A stretch of DNA of 64,000 nt from Clostridia bacterium (lineage in GTDB: Bacteria > Bacillota > Clostridia > Oscillospirales > CAG-272). Made by a program: the position numbers and the translations under genes. This document shows positions 9,597 through 18,388 of this stretch, in pieces; the stretch's first letter is position 1, and every line of letters starts with the position of its first letter. The DNA is taken from positions 77,448 to 141,447 of the forward strand of contig JAGBTY010000017.1 in the NCBI GenBank assembly GCA_017631085.1, in the 5' to 3' direction. The notes below the pieces were generated by a model. That model had not been told where the DNA came from. It saw only the letters and a program-made list of their open reading frames with translations, and ran no database searches.

Positions 9597-11627
9597 TTAC
9601 TCTGCGTCAGTAGCTTCTACAACTGCCTCTTCAGCATCAGCGGGCATAGCCTCTGCTTCTGCCTGTGCTTCGTCAAGGAGAGCTCTGATGGAAAGACTTA
9701 TTCTCTTTGTCTCCTCGTCGATGGCGATGATCTTTGCATCAACTACCTGACCGATCTCAAGAACGTCAGCAGGCTTTGCTATCTTTTCCTGAGCTATCTG
9801 GGAGATGTGGATGAGTCCGTCAACACCGTCAACGATCTCTGCGAATGCACCGAAGGGCATCATGCTTACGATCTTAACCGAAACAACGTCGCCTACTGCG
9901 TAGTTGTTTGTGAAGATGTACCAGGGGTTTGTATCGTCTGTCTTATATCCGAGAGATATTCTCTTCTTTTCTGCGTCAAAGCTCTTAACGAATACTGTGA
10001 TTTCCTGACCTACGGAAACAACTGCCGCGGGAGAGGAGATAGGACGCCAAGAGAGCTCGGTCTTATGTACCATACCGTCAACGCCGCCAAGGTCTACGAA
10101 AGCACCGAATGCGGTCATGCTCTTGACCTTACCGGTATATACTTTGCCCTCTTCGATAGAAGCCCAGAAAGCTTCTTCAGCAGCTTTTCTTTCTTCCTTA
10201 AGAACTGCCTTAATAGAACCGATAGCCTTTTTGCCCTTGATCTCGATGACCTTAAGCTTTACGTCAGTTCCCTTAAGAGTAGAGAGGTCTCCATCCTTTG
10301 GAACACCTGTTTGTGATGCGGGAACGAATACTCTGTTGGAGTTGACGATAACGGATACACCGCCTTTTACAACGTCAACGACCTTACCTGTGAGTATCTC
10401 ACCGTTAGCTTCAGCGGCAACGACACTCTGCCAATTCTTGTCGGAATCAACACGCTTCTTGGAAAGCTCAGCAAAGCCCTCGATATCGCTAACGCGGATA
10501 ACGAAAGCCTCGATCTCGTCACCGGGCTTAAACATCTCGGTGAGCTTTACAGATGAATCATCCGTAATCTGTTCGGCCTTGATAAAGCCGGTAACCTGTG
10601 CGCCCAGATCAAGATAAAGATCTGCATCTGTAACGGATGTTACGATACCGACTACGGTGTCTCCTGTATTTAAAGTTTTGAGTTCTGTGGACTCAAGCAG
10701 TTCAGCAAAATTTTCATTCATTTCGCTCATGGTTTTGTATACCTCCTGAATTATGCCTGACGGAGTCGATGCTCCGGCGGCTATGCCCACTCTCGTGTGG
10801 GTAGACGTTATTAAATTGTTATCCGCAAGTTCTTCGGGTCGTTCGATCCAAAGGGTGTGCGGGCAATTTTCTTTACAAATGGCGAAAAGCTTCGCCGTGT
10901 TGGAGCTTTCTCTTCCGCCGATGACTATCATGACGTCGCTCCGTGTGGACAGATCGTTGACTTCGGTCTGTCTCATTTCAGTAACACTACATATTGTATC
11001 AAAAATTAATGGATTTGTATATAGTTTTTTGAAAATTTTTTGAGTTTTTTTCCACTCTTCCAGTTTTTGAGTGGTCTGTGCCGCAATTATGGGTGTTTTC
11101 TTGCCAAATTTTTCAAAAAAACCTGATTCGGCGGCGTTTTCTATTTCTGCAGATGATCCAAAAACTACCTTATCTCCTGAAAAACGGCTCATGATGCCCA
11201 CTACTTCTGGGTGCTCTTTAGCTCCGAGTAGGACGAAAAAATTATCGGGAGAAGAATTTTTCTCGGCAATGTCATGTATTTTTTTTACAAATGGGCAGGT
11301 GCAGTCAACGTAAGAAAAGAAGGGATTATTTTCCGAAGCCTGTGAGAGTATCGCTTCATGCTCAACGGGTATACCGTGAGCTCTGACGAACACTTTGACC
11401 GGTGACTGCTCGCCCGCGGAAAGAGCAAGGTCGGGAATATCGGCAATATCCGTAACGCGCACTCCGCGCTCATGAAGAGTGCGGTTGTATACGTCGTTGT
11501 GGATAAGATTTCCGAGTGTATAGAGACTTTCCTCTCCGTTTTTTTCTTCAATTGCGGCTTCAAGGCTATCGGTGGCTCTTTTCACGCCAAAGCAAAAGCC
11601 TGCGTTTTTTGCAACGGTTATCTCCAT
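9597..11627 (-). CDS. ispH-rpsA: Bifunctional HMBPP reductase / 30S ribosomal protein S1
   Basis: AGFCFGVKRA, DCTCPFV, TICSVT, GASTP followed by four S1 repeats (FGAFVDLGGVDG). Confidence 0.95.
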   Translation of the reverse strand: MEITVAKNAGFCFGVKRATDSLEAAIEEKNGEESLYTLGNLIHNDVYNRTLHERGVRVTDIADIPDLALSAGEQSPVKVFVRAHGIPVEHEAILSQASENNPFFSYVDCTCPFVKKIHDIAEKNSSPDNFFVLLGAKEHPEVVGIMSRFSGDKVVFGSSAEIENAAESGFFEKFGKKTPIIAAQTTQKLEEWKKTQKIFKKLYTNPLIFDTICSVTEMRQTEVNDLSTRSDVMIVIGGRESSNTAKLFAICKENCPHTLWIERPEELADNNLITSTHTRVGIAAGASTPSGIIQEVYKTMSEMNENFAELLESTELKTLNTGDTVVGIVTSVTDADLYLDLGAQVTGFIKAEQITDDSSVKLTEMFKPGDEIEAFVIRVSDIEGFAELSKKRVDSDKNWQSVVAAEANGEILTGKVVDVVKGGVSVIVNSNRVFVPASQTGVPKDGDLSTLKGTDVKLKVIEIKGKKAIGSIKAVLKEERKAAEEAFWASIEEGKVYTGKVKSMTAFGAFVDLGGVDGMVHKTELSWRPISSPAAVVSVGQEITVFVKSFDAEKKRISLGYKTDDTNPWYIFTNNYAVGDVVSVKIVSMMPFGAFAEIVDGVDGLIHISQIAQEKIAKPADVLEIGQVVDAKIIAIDEETKRISLSIRALLDEAQAEAEAMPADAEEAVVEATDAE

Positions 11628-12328
11628 TATTTTTTACCCTTTTTCTTTTTTTCGTTATCCAGCTTTTCTCTGAAATCCTCTCCGATAGTACAAATTCTGT
11701 CAAAGATAAGATTTGATATTCTTGCATATTCTCCCGAAGCTTCGGGGTCGTATCCGAGGCTTTCAAAGGGGATCCTGTCACCGATGACGACGTATGTCTT
11801 TCTGAAAAGTTTTGACGTGTTATTTTTTTTGTGTATGTAAACGGGGACGATGTCTGCCGAGGTCTTGGTACTTATAAGCGCCGCTCCGTTTTTGACCTTT
11901 GTGGTTCTTGGATCAACTGCGGGATATCTGTGTCCTTGAGGGAATAGTCCCATGCTGTTGCCCGATTCGAGAATTGATATGGAGGTCTTGATAGCTCCAA
12001 CGTCTTTTCCCGATCTGTCTACTGGGAAAGCGCCAAGCATCTTGATAAGAGAAGAGAGAAGCGGAATCTTGAAAAGCTCTTTTTTTGCCATATAGCGTAT
12101 CTGTCTTTTTTTGAATGAGTAGCAGATGGCTACAACGTCGGATGCGGCTATATGGTTTGAGCAAACGATAAATCTTCCCTCGTCGGGCTCTTTTTCCGCT
12201 CCGACTACCTTTATTCTGAACAGTACCTTAACTATTTTTGAGAAAAGAGCATAACAAATTCTGTAGAATCTCGAGCCTTCTCTTTTTTTCGAATTTTTAT
12301 TTTTACCCAAGATATTTTCCTCTTTCAA
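11627..12328 (-). CDS. plsC: 1-acyl-sn-glycerol-3-phosphate acyltransferase
   Basis: SNHIAASD, AKKELF, FPQGHR; lies between cmk and ispH. Confidence 0.88.
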   Translation of the reverse strand: MKEENILGKNKNSKKREGSRFYRICYALFSKIVKVLFRIKVVGAEKEPDEGRFIVCSNHIAASDVVAICYSFKKRQIRYMAKKELFKIPLLSSLIKMLGAFPVDRSGKDVGAIKTSISILESGNSMGLFPQGHRYPAVDPRTTKVKNGAALISTKTSADIVPVYIHKKNNTSKLFRKTYVVIGDRIPFESLGYDPEASGEYARISNLIFDRICTIGEDFREKLDNEKKKKGKK

Positions 12329-12330
12329 AT

Positions 12331-13002
12331 TTATTTTGATTCGGTCTTTTCTTTTACTATTGCAATTATCGCATCTGCCGTGCCCTCAAGGTCGAGGTCG
12401 GAGTTATCAAGCATTATAGCGTCCTCTGCCGGCTTTGCGGGAGCAATTTCACGCTCGCTGTCGTTTTTATCTCTTTCGTTCATTTCACGAAGAACGTCCT
12501 CAAAAGAGACGTCCTGTCCCTTTGCACGAAGCTCTTCGTAACGGCGTTTTGCTCTGCATTCGGGAGAAGCAAAAAGGAATATTTTTACCTCTGCATCGGG
12601 AAGAATTACCGTTCCGATGTCTCTGCCGTCCATAATAACGCTGTTCTTTTTAGCAATATCTCTCTGGGTGTCAAGAAGAAAGCTTCTTACTTCTCCTATG
12701 GCGGATACAGCTGATGCGTACATAGACATTTCGGGTGTACGTATCTTGTCACCAAGGTCCTCTTCGTTTAAAAACACCTTTTGAGTGCCATCAACGAATT
12801 TGACTTCTATTTTTATATTGGGAAGACAGGAAACCACAGATGGTGCGTCCTTGGGGTCAATGCCTTTTTCCTTTACGTAATAACCTATAGTACGGTAAAG
12901 CGCTCCCGTGTCAACGTAAACGATGCCGAGCTTTTTCGCTACCAGCTTTGCTACCGAACTTTTTCCCGCACCTCCGGGTCCGTCAATTGCTATTTTTATC
13001 AT
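12331..13002 (-). CDS. cmk: Cytidylate kinase
   Basis: IAIDGPGGAGKS, DTGALYR, MDGRDIGTV. Confidence 0.97.
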   Translation of the reverse strand: MIKIAIDGPGGAGKSSVAKLVAKKLGIVYVDTGALYRTIGYYVKEKGIDPKDAPSVVSCLPNIKIEVKFVDGTQKVFLNEEDLGDKIRTPEMSMYASAVSAIGEVRSFLLDTQRDIAKKNSVIMDGRDIGTVILPDAEVKIFLFASPECRAKRRYEELRAKGQDVSFEDVLREMNERDKNDSEREIAPAKPAEDAIMLDNSDLDLEGTADAIIAIVKEKTESK

Positions 13003-13029
13003 GATATTTTCCTCTTTTTCTTTTATTTT

Positions 13030-14289
13030 TTAGCTCCAAGCGGCTCTCTTGCCTGCGAGAGCTCCCGTGGAGAAGGCTATCTGAAGATTAAATCCGCCAG
13101 TGTAGGCATCAAGGTCTATTACCTCACCTGCAAAGTAAAGCCCAGAGCAGAGCTTTGACTCCATAGTACCAGGTGTTATACCGTCCACCGAAACACCGCC
13201 CTTGGTAATGATAGCTTCCTTGATAGGACGGAAGCCGTCAACCGATATACGAATGTCTTTAAGTACTGCAGCCAAGGCGTGTCTTTCTTCTTTTGTTATG
13301 GAATTTACTTTTTTGTGCGGGGATATCCCCGAAAGACTTATGATAACGGGTATCAGCTTTTGAGGAAGAAGGTCACCGAGTGAATTTGCAAAGTCCTTAT
13401 TACCGTATTTTGAAAAATCCGAAAGAAGTCTTGCGTCAAGAGTCTTGTCGTCAAGAGCAGGCTTAAGGTCTATGTGTGCATCGTATTTGCAGTTCGACGA
13501 GCCGTATACGTCTGAAAGGTGAGCTGATGCTGAAAGTATCATAGGTCCTGTCATTCCGAAGTGGGTAAACATCATTTCACCAAAATCCTCATATACCTTT
13601 TTTCCCGTTTCCCGTGAAGTTACCGAGAGTGAGACGTTTTTGAGCGAAAGACCTTGAAGAGAAGGGCATATTTTGCTTTTTGAAACTATGGGAACAAGGG
13701 AGGGTATAAGGGGAGTTACTTTATGTCCTACTGACTTTGCCAGAGCGTAACCGTCTCCGTCCGAGCCTGTAAGGGGATAGGAAAGACCTCCAGTAGCGAT
13801 TATGACTGCTTTTCCCAGATATATCTTGCCGTTTTCAGAAATGCAACCCTTTACCGTTCCGTTTTCTGTTATAAGCTCTGAGATACGGTCGGTTACTGTG
13901 GTAACACCTCTGTTTTTACAAGCTCTTACCATGGCGCTAACGATATCCTCTGCTTTGTCGGATACGGGAAAAACCCGTCTGCCTCGCTCGACCTTGAGAG
14001 GAACACCCTCGTTCTCGAAAAATAACTTTGTGTCCTCGGAAGAGAAATTGTCGAATGCGCTGTAAAGAAATTTTTGATTTGTGGGAACGTTTTTAAGAAA
14101 TTCGCCGAGGTAGCAGTCGTTGGTCACGTTGCATCTGCCCTTTCCTGTTATCCTCAGTTTTTTTCCGCAGGTCTTATTCCTTTCGATAATGAGAACGTCA
14201 GCTCCGTTTTCAGAGGCGTGGATCGCCGCCATCATTCCTGCCGCTCCGCCGCCTATTATGATAACTCGGTTTTCATTTTCGCCAAGCAT
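13030..14289 (-). CDS. HI0933/YhiN-family FAD-dependent oxidoreductase
   Basis: GGGAAGMMAA, GKGRCNVTN, TGGLSYPLTGSDGDG, YTGGFNLQIA. Confidence 0.92.
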   Translation of the reverse strand: MLGENENRVIIIGGGAAGMMAAIHASENGADVLIIERNKTCGKKLRITGKGRCNVTNDCYLGEFLKNVPTNQKFLYSAFDNFSSEDTKLFFENEGVPLKVERGRRVFPVSDKAEDIVSAMVRACKNRGVTTVTDRISELITENGTVKGCISENGKIYLGKAVIIATGGLSYPLTGSDGDGYALAKSVGHKVTPLIPSLVPIVSKSKICPSLQGLSLKNVSLSVTSRETGKKVYEDFGEMMFTHFGMTGPMILSASAHLSDVYGSSNCKYDAHIDLKPALDDKTLDARLLSDFSKYGNKDFANSLGDLLPQKLIPVIISLSGISPHKKVNSITKEERHALAAVLKDIRISVDGFRPIKEAIITKGGVSVDGITPGTMESKLCSGLYFAGEVIDLDAYTGGFNLQIAFSTGALAGKRAAWS

Positions 14290-14295
14290 TCTTTT

Positions 14296-15159
14296 TTACT
14301 CCTGATTTTTGTCGTATACGTCGTATTCGTCCCAAATTTCTTCAAGACGCTTCAGGCGATCGGTAAGCTCGTCATGCTTTCTTCTTGAAAGCTCAACGAT
14401 AATAGCGTTTATTATGCTGAGGGGGGCTGCCAATGAGTCAACGAAGGATGCCATATCGCTTTTCGCGATAAGGAGCTGGTTGGCTTTAGACGCGATCGGT
14501 GACATAGCACTGTCGGTTATGGCGATAATGTCTGCTCCCGAATGACTTGCATAGTCTACGGCATTGATAACGCTCTTGGAATATCGGGGAAAGCTTATAG
14601 CAATTACCGTGTCGTTTTCGTTCATTCCCATAAGCTGCTCAAACATTTCGCTTCCCGAGGTGGTCTGTACGAATTTTATATTATCGAACATCATTCGAAG
14701 ATTGTAGTTGAGAAAACCGGCCAAGAAAGAGCAGGAGCGAACTCCCATTATATATACGTTTTTCGAAGCAATTATTTTATCTATCGCTTCGTTAAATGTG
14801 TCTCTGTCGATTTCGTCAAGCGTACGCTTTATCTTGTCCGAGTCGGCAAGAAGGACCTTGGTCAGTACGTCGGAGTCACCGATAAGGTTATTACTGACCT
14901 CCATTCTTTGAAAAGAGGTGAGCTTTGTGCGTACTATTTCCTGAAGGGCGTGTTGAAAATCGGGATAACCGTCAAATCCAAGCTCAATTGCGAATCTGAC
15001 GACCGTCGATTCTGATACGTTAACGTGAGAACCGAGCTTTGCCGCGGTCATATACGCCGCCTTATCGTAATTTTCAATTATAAAATTTGAAATAAGCTTT
15101 TGTCCCTTGGAAAAGGTGGACATTTTGTCTTCTATTTCTTTGAGAAGGTTTCTGTTCAT
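14296..15159 (-). CDS. MurR/RpiR-family transcriptional regulator
   Basis: VSESTVVRFAIELGFDGY HTH plus SIS domain (ISFPRYS). Confidence 0.93.
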   Translation of the reverse strand: MNRNLLKEIEDKMSTFSKGQKLISNFIIENYDKAAYMTAAKLGSHVNVSESTVVRFAIELGFDGYPDFQHALQEIVRTKLTSFQRMEVSNNLIGDSDVLTKVLLADSDKIKRTLDEIDRDTFNEAIDKIIASKNVYIMGVRSCSFLAGFLNYNLRMMFDNIKFVQTTSGSEMFEQLMGMNENDTVIAISFPRYSKSVINAVDYASHSGADIIAITDSAMSPIASKANQLLIAKSDMASFVDSLAAPLSIINAIIVELSRRKHDELTDRLKRLEEIWDEYDVYDKNQE

Positions 15160-15348
15160 TTTTCTTTTTCCTTGTCTTTATCACGTTATAGCTTTTTTAA
15201 TAAAGGACATACATATTATATTATATATCGTAAAGTGAAAAAAGTCAAGTGTAAAATAAATGTTGATAAAATGGGAAGGGAACAAGAAAGGTTCAAAAAG
15301 ATTTTTGAAATGTGTTTACTTTTTTATTTTTTTGTGATATACTATATT

Positions 15349-15527
15349 TGCTACACAAACTGAATAGATTTATGATCACGGTATTTTTTTATTTTCGCAT
15401 AATGGCATAATTATACCTTTTTTTAACAATCATAACTTCGTTAAGAATTTGGCAAAAGCGCAAATTCCATGACGGAGTTATGATTAAAGGTACAAATACC
15501 CTGATCCTATCTTCGGTTTGTGTAGCA
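15349..15527 (+). ncRNA. ssrS: Probable 6S RNA (rod-like RNA of about 180 nt)
   Basis: Ends pair (TGCTACACAAAC / GTTTGTGTAGCA); inner stems TACCTTT/AAAGGTA and AATCATAACTTCGT/ACGGAGTTATGATT; central bulge about 40 nt from 5' end; promoter TTTACT-17-TATACT upstream and terminator downstream; no ORF. Confidence 0.62.
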
Positions 15528-15549
15528 GCAATCGGAGTTTGCGTTTTTC

Positions 15550-15582
15550 GGTGCGTATGGCTTCGGTCGTGCGCACTTTTTT
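15550..15582 (+). terminator. Intrinsic terminator after the 6S-like RNA
   Basis: GTGCGTATGGC-TTCG-GTCGTGCGCAC followed by T tract. Confidence 0.8.
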
Positions 15583-15640
15583 AGTTTAAAAGAAAAAGGA
15601 ACCGCTCTTGCATAAACGATTCCTTTTGAAATTATTGAAA

Positions 15641-16978
15641 TTATCTTTCAAGCTCGGATATGAGGTTGGATAAATACACAGCTGCATCAGCTCGCGTTAG
15701 CGAGGCGTTGGGTGAGAGCTTTTCACCCGAGGCGGTGGGTATAACGCCTATACCGCAAAGAGAGTAAACAGAAGATGCCGCCCATGCTGGAATATCGCCT
15801 GAATCTGCAAAGACGGGGGTGACGGTGGGTGTGGGTGCATCGAGGATATTTCCGAGAAGGACAGCCGCTTCCGCAACGGTGATAGGTCTGTCCGGCTCAA
15901 AGCATAGCTTTCCGTCCTTTTCTATTCCTTTTATGTAGCCGAGGTCATATGCAGTGGATATATATTCTCTCATTTCTTCGGGGATAAGGTCACAATCGGA
16001 GAAAACAGTATAGGAATTTCCTATTCCTTCGTTTATTCCTGCGGCATGGAGAGCCATTACGGTAAATTCACCTCTTGAGACGGTACGGTCGGGATAAAAG
16101 TACGTATTTCCACCTATCTCACTGCCACTCATTACACCCGCTTCGGTTACTGAAAGAGCCGCGCTGTATGCGGGGGAGTTCTTCATGTCGGTATAGGTTA
16201 TAGCCGATGAAGGCTTTTTGACTGTAAGCGAGACGGTAGCCGAGGAGCTGTAATTGCCATATTTATCACGTGCTACGTAGGTAAACGAATCCTTTCCCGA
16301 AAAATTTTCGGAAGGGGTGAAGATATAATCACCAACTGCACTGTCAGAAAGCTCGATGGTACCTGATTTTGGGTAGGAGACTATTTCTATTCTCACATCG
16401 TCTCCCTCGGGGTCATGAACAGGAAGATTGCCGTAAAGGCTTACGTTTTTATACGTGCTGACGTTCAGCGAAAGCTCACTTGCAACAGATAAGGTGGGGC
16501 AAAGATTTGGAGAGTCGAGCATATAGAGCTTACAGGTCATAACGTATGATGCTCCTGACGGGCGGAAGGTAAATTCGGATTCACGGATATTTGAGGAAGG
16601 GAAATAAGCAAGCTTTGAAAGAGATGCGGCGCTTATCTCCTCGCCGCCCTTAAGGACTGTAGAGGTAAGTCTCAATTCGCCGTCGCTTATGGGGGGAGCT
16701 TCGGTTATTGTAATGCTATCGATGTGGGATAGATTGAGGCAACGCAGAAAATCGTCCTTCTCAAATTCGATACTTTCGCCAACAAGTCCTGCCATTGCCA
16801 TGTTGTTTTTTTCGGCTAATACATTCAGTGCTACGGACACGGGGGCATCGCTGGTTTCTCCGTTTGACGAAATTCCGACGACAGCAGTAATAATAAGAAG
16901 GATAAGACCAAAGGAAAAGAGTACGCCTCCTTTTTTGCCGAGCCGAATGATGCCCTTTCTTTTATTTTCTTTTTTCAT
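15641..16978 (-). CDS. S-layer homology (SLH) domain protein with cadherin/Ig-like domain
   Basis: N-terminal TM, DPEGD..DSFTYVARDKYGNYS Ig/cadherin-like segment, three SLH repeats (FYPDRTVSRGE, FEPDRPITVAE, LSPNASLTRAD); start moved to RBS-preceded ATG. Confidence 0.85.
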   Translation of the reverse strand: MKKENKRKGIIRLGKKGGVLFSFGLILLIITAVVGISSNGETSDAPVSVALNVLAEKNNMAMAGLVGESIEFEKDDFLRCLNLSHIDSITITEAPPISDGELRLTSTVLKGGEEISAASLSKLAYFPSSNIRESEFTFRPSGASYVMTCKLYMLDSPNLCPTLSVASELSLNVSTYKNVSLYGNLPVHDPEGDDVRIEIVSYPKSGTIELSDSAVGDYIFTPSENFSGKDSFTYVARDKYGNYSSSATVSLTVKKPSSAITYTDMKNSPAYSAALSVTEAGVMSGSEIGGNTYFYPDRTVSRGEFTVMALHAAGINEGIGNSYTVFSDCDLIPEEMREYISTAYDLGYIKGIEKDGKLCFEPDRPITVAEAAVLLGNILDAPTPTVTPVFADSGDIPAWAASSVYSLCGIGVIPTASGEKLSPNASLTRADAAVYLSNLISELER

Positions 16979-17123
16979 AACATATCTCCTTTCAAGGCGT
17001 TTTACGTTCAATTAATTTTATAGCACATGAAAGCTTTTTATGACAAAGAAAAATTAAAAAAACACTTTATTTTTTTTGATAAATGTTATATAATTATTAT
17101 AATAGTAACTGTGAGGAAAAGAT

Positions 17124-17618
17124 ATGGAAGATTTAAAAAGAAAGACCTGTTGTTTTACGGGGCATAGAAATATTGATAAAGAAAGACTCTGTGAACTTGA
17201 GGAGCTGCTTGAAGCCTCCATAGAGAAATTTATAATGGCAGGTATAACAGTCTACAGAGCAGGGGGAGCTTTGGGGTTTGATACGAGTGCGGCACAAAAG
17301 GTATTAAAGCTTCGAAAGACTTATCCTGAAATATCCCTTGAGCTTATACTTCCATGCAAGGACCAGACGAGAGGCTGGAGTGCAAAAGACAAACAAATAT
17401 ATGAAGAAATACTTTCAGAGGCGAACAGCGTGGTATTTTTACACGATAAATACAGAAGGGGTTGTATGCACGAGCGAAACAGAGCTCTTGTTGACGGAAG
17501 CGGGGTTTGTCTTGCATACTGCACGTCAAGAACAGGTGGAACGGCGTATACGGTAGATTATGCCAAAAGTAACGATGTGTGTGTTATCAATCTTGCAAGG
17601 CTTTTGAAAAAAACATAA
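17124..17618 (+). CDS. DUF1273 / YspA SLOG-family protein
   Basis: CCFTGHR, GGALGFDT, CMHERNR, GGTAYTV. Confidence 0.85.
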   Translation: MEDLKRKTCCFTGHRNIDKERLCELEELLEASIEKFIMAGITVYRAGGALGFDTSAAQKVLKLRKTYPEISLELILPCKDQTRGWSAKDKQIYEEILSEANSVVFLHDKYRRGCMHERNRALVDGSGVCLAYCTSRTGGTAYTVDYAKSNDVCVINLARLLKKT

Positions 17619-17670
17619 AAAGAAACGGTAAGCCGTGAAGAAATTTTGCTTCATGACTTACCGTTTTTGC

Positions 17671-18378
17671 TTATTTTATAATATTTTTTATTGCTGCCGA
17701 TGCGGCAAGAAGTCCTGCTACAGAAGGAACAAAAGATATGCTTCCGGGCGGGATCTTTTTGCTTTCTTCTCCGTCGATCGATTTGATGATCGGAGAAATT
17801 GGCATTTCCTCGGAGTATACTACGGGCAAATGAGTAATTCCTCTTTTTTTCAGCTCACGGCGCATAACTCTTGCGAGCGGACACCCGGATGTCTTTGAAA
17901 GATCGGATATTTTAAGGGCAGACGGGTCAAGCTTATTTCCCGTTCCCATACTGCTTATCATGGGTATTCCCAGCTCTGCAGCTTTTACAGCAATAGCTAT
18001 CTTGGCGCTGACGGTATCAATAGCATCGATAATAAAGCTACAGCCGTTCATATCGAGCTCGTCTATATTTTCAGGCAACACGAACATTGAGACACATTCG
18101 ACGTTAATTGACGAGTCTATATCTTTCAGACGCTCTGCTGTGACTTCGGTCTTGAGCTTACCCACGGTGCTCTCAAGCGCACAAAGCTGTCTGTTGATAT
18201 TCGTGACCGATACGGTATCGTTATCAACGAGAACTATATTTCCCACGCCTGCTCTGCCAAGAGCTTCGGCGGCGTAGCTTCCGACTCCGCCCACACCGAA
18301 AAGCATGACCTTTGCTTCTTTGAGCTTTGCCATAGCCTCGTCGCCAATGAGCATCCTTTCTCTTTCATATCTTTTCAT
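17671..18378 (-). CDS. tcdA: tRNA threonylcarbamoyladenosine dehydratase (ThiF family)
   Basis: GVGGVGSY, TNINRQ, SSMGTGNKLDP, CPLARVMRRELKKRGI. Confidence 0.88.
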   Translation of the reverse strand: MKRYERERMLIGDEAMAKLKEAKVMLFGVGGVGSYAAEALGRAGVGNIVLVDNDTVSVTNINRQLCALESTVGKLKTEVTAERLKDIDSSINVECVSMFVLPENIDELDMNGCSFIIDAIDTVSAKIAIAVKAAELGIPMISSMGTGNKLDPSALKISDLSKTSGCPLARVMRRELKKRGITHLPVVYSEEMPISPIIKSIDGEESKKIPPGSISFVPSVAGLLAASAAIKNIIK

Positions 18379-18388
18379 GCTACTGTTC

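Noticed and set aside
9597-11627. IspH-S1 fusion as a novelty
   Set aside because: Well known in Clostridia within the cmk-plsC-ispH operon.
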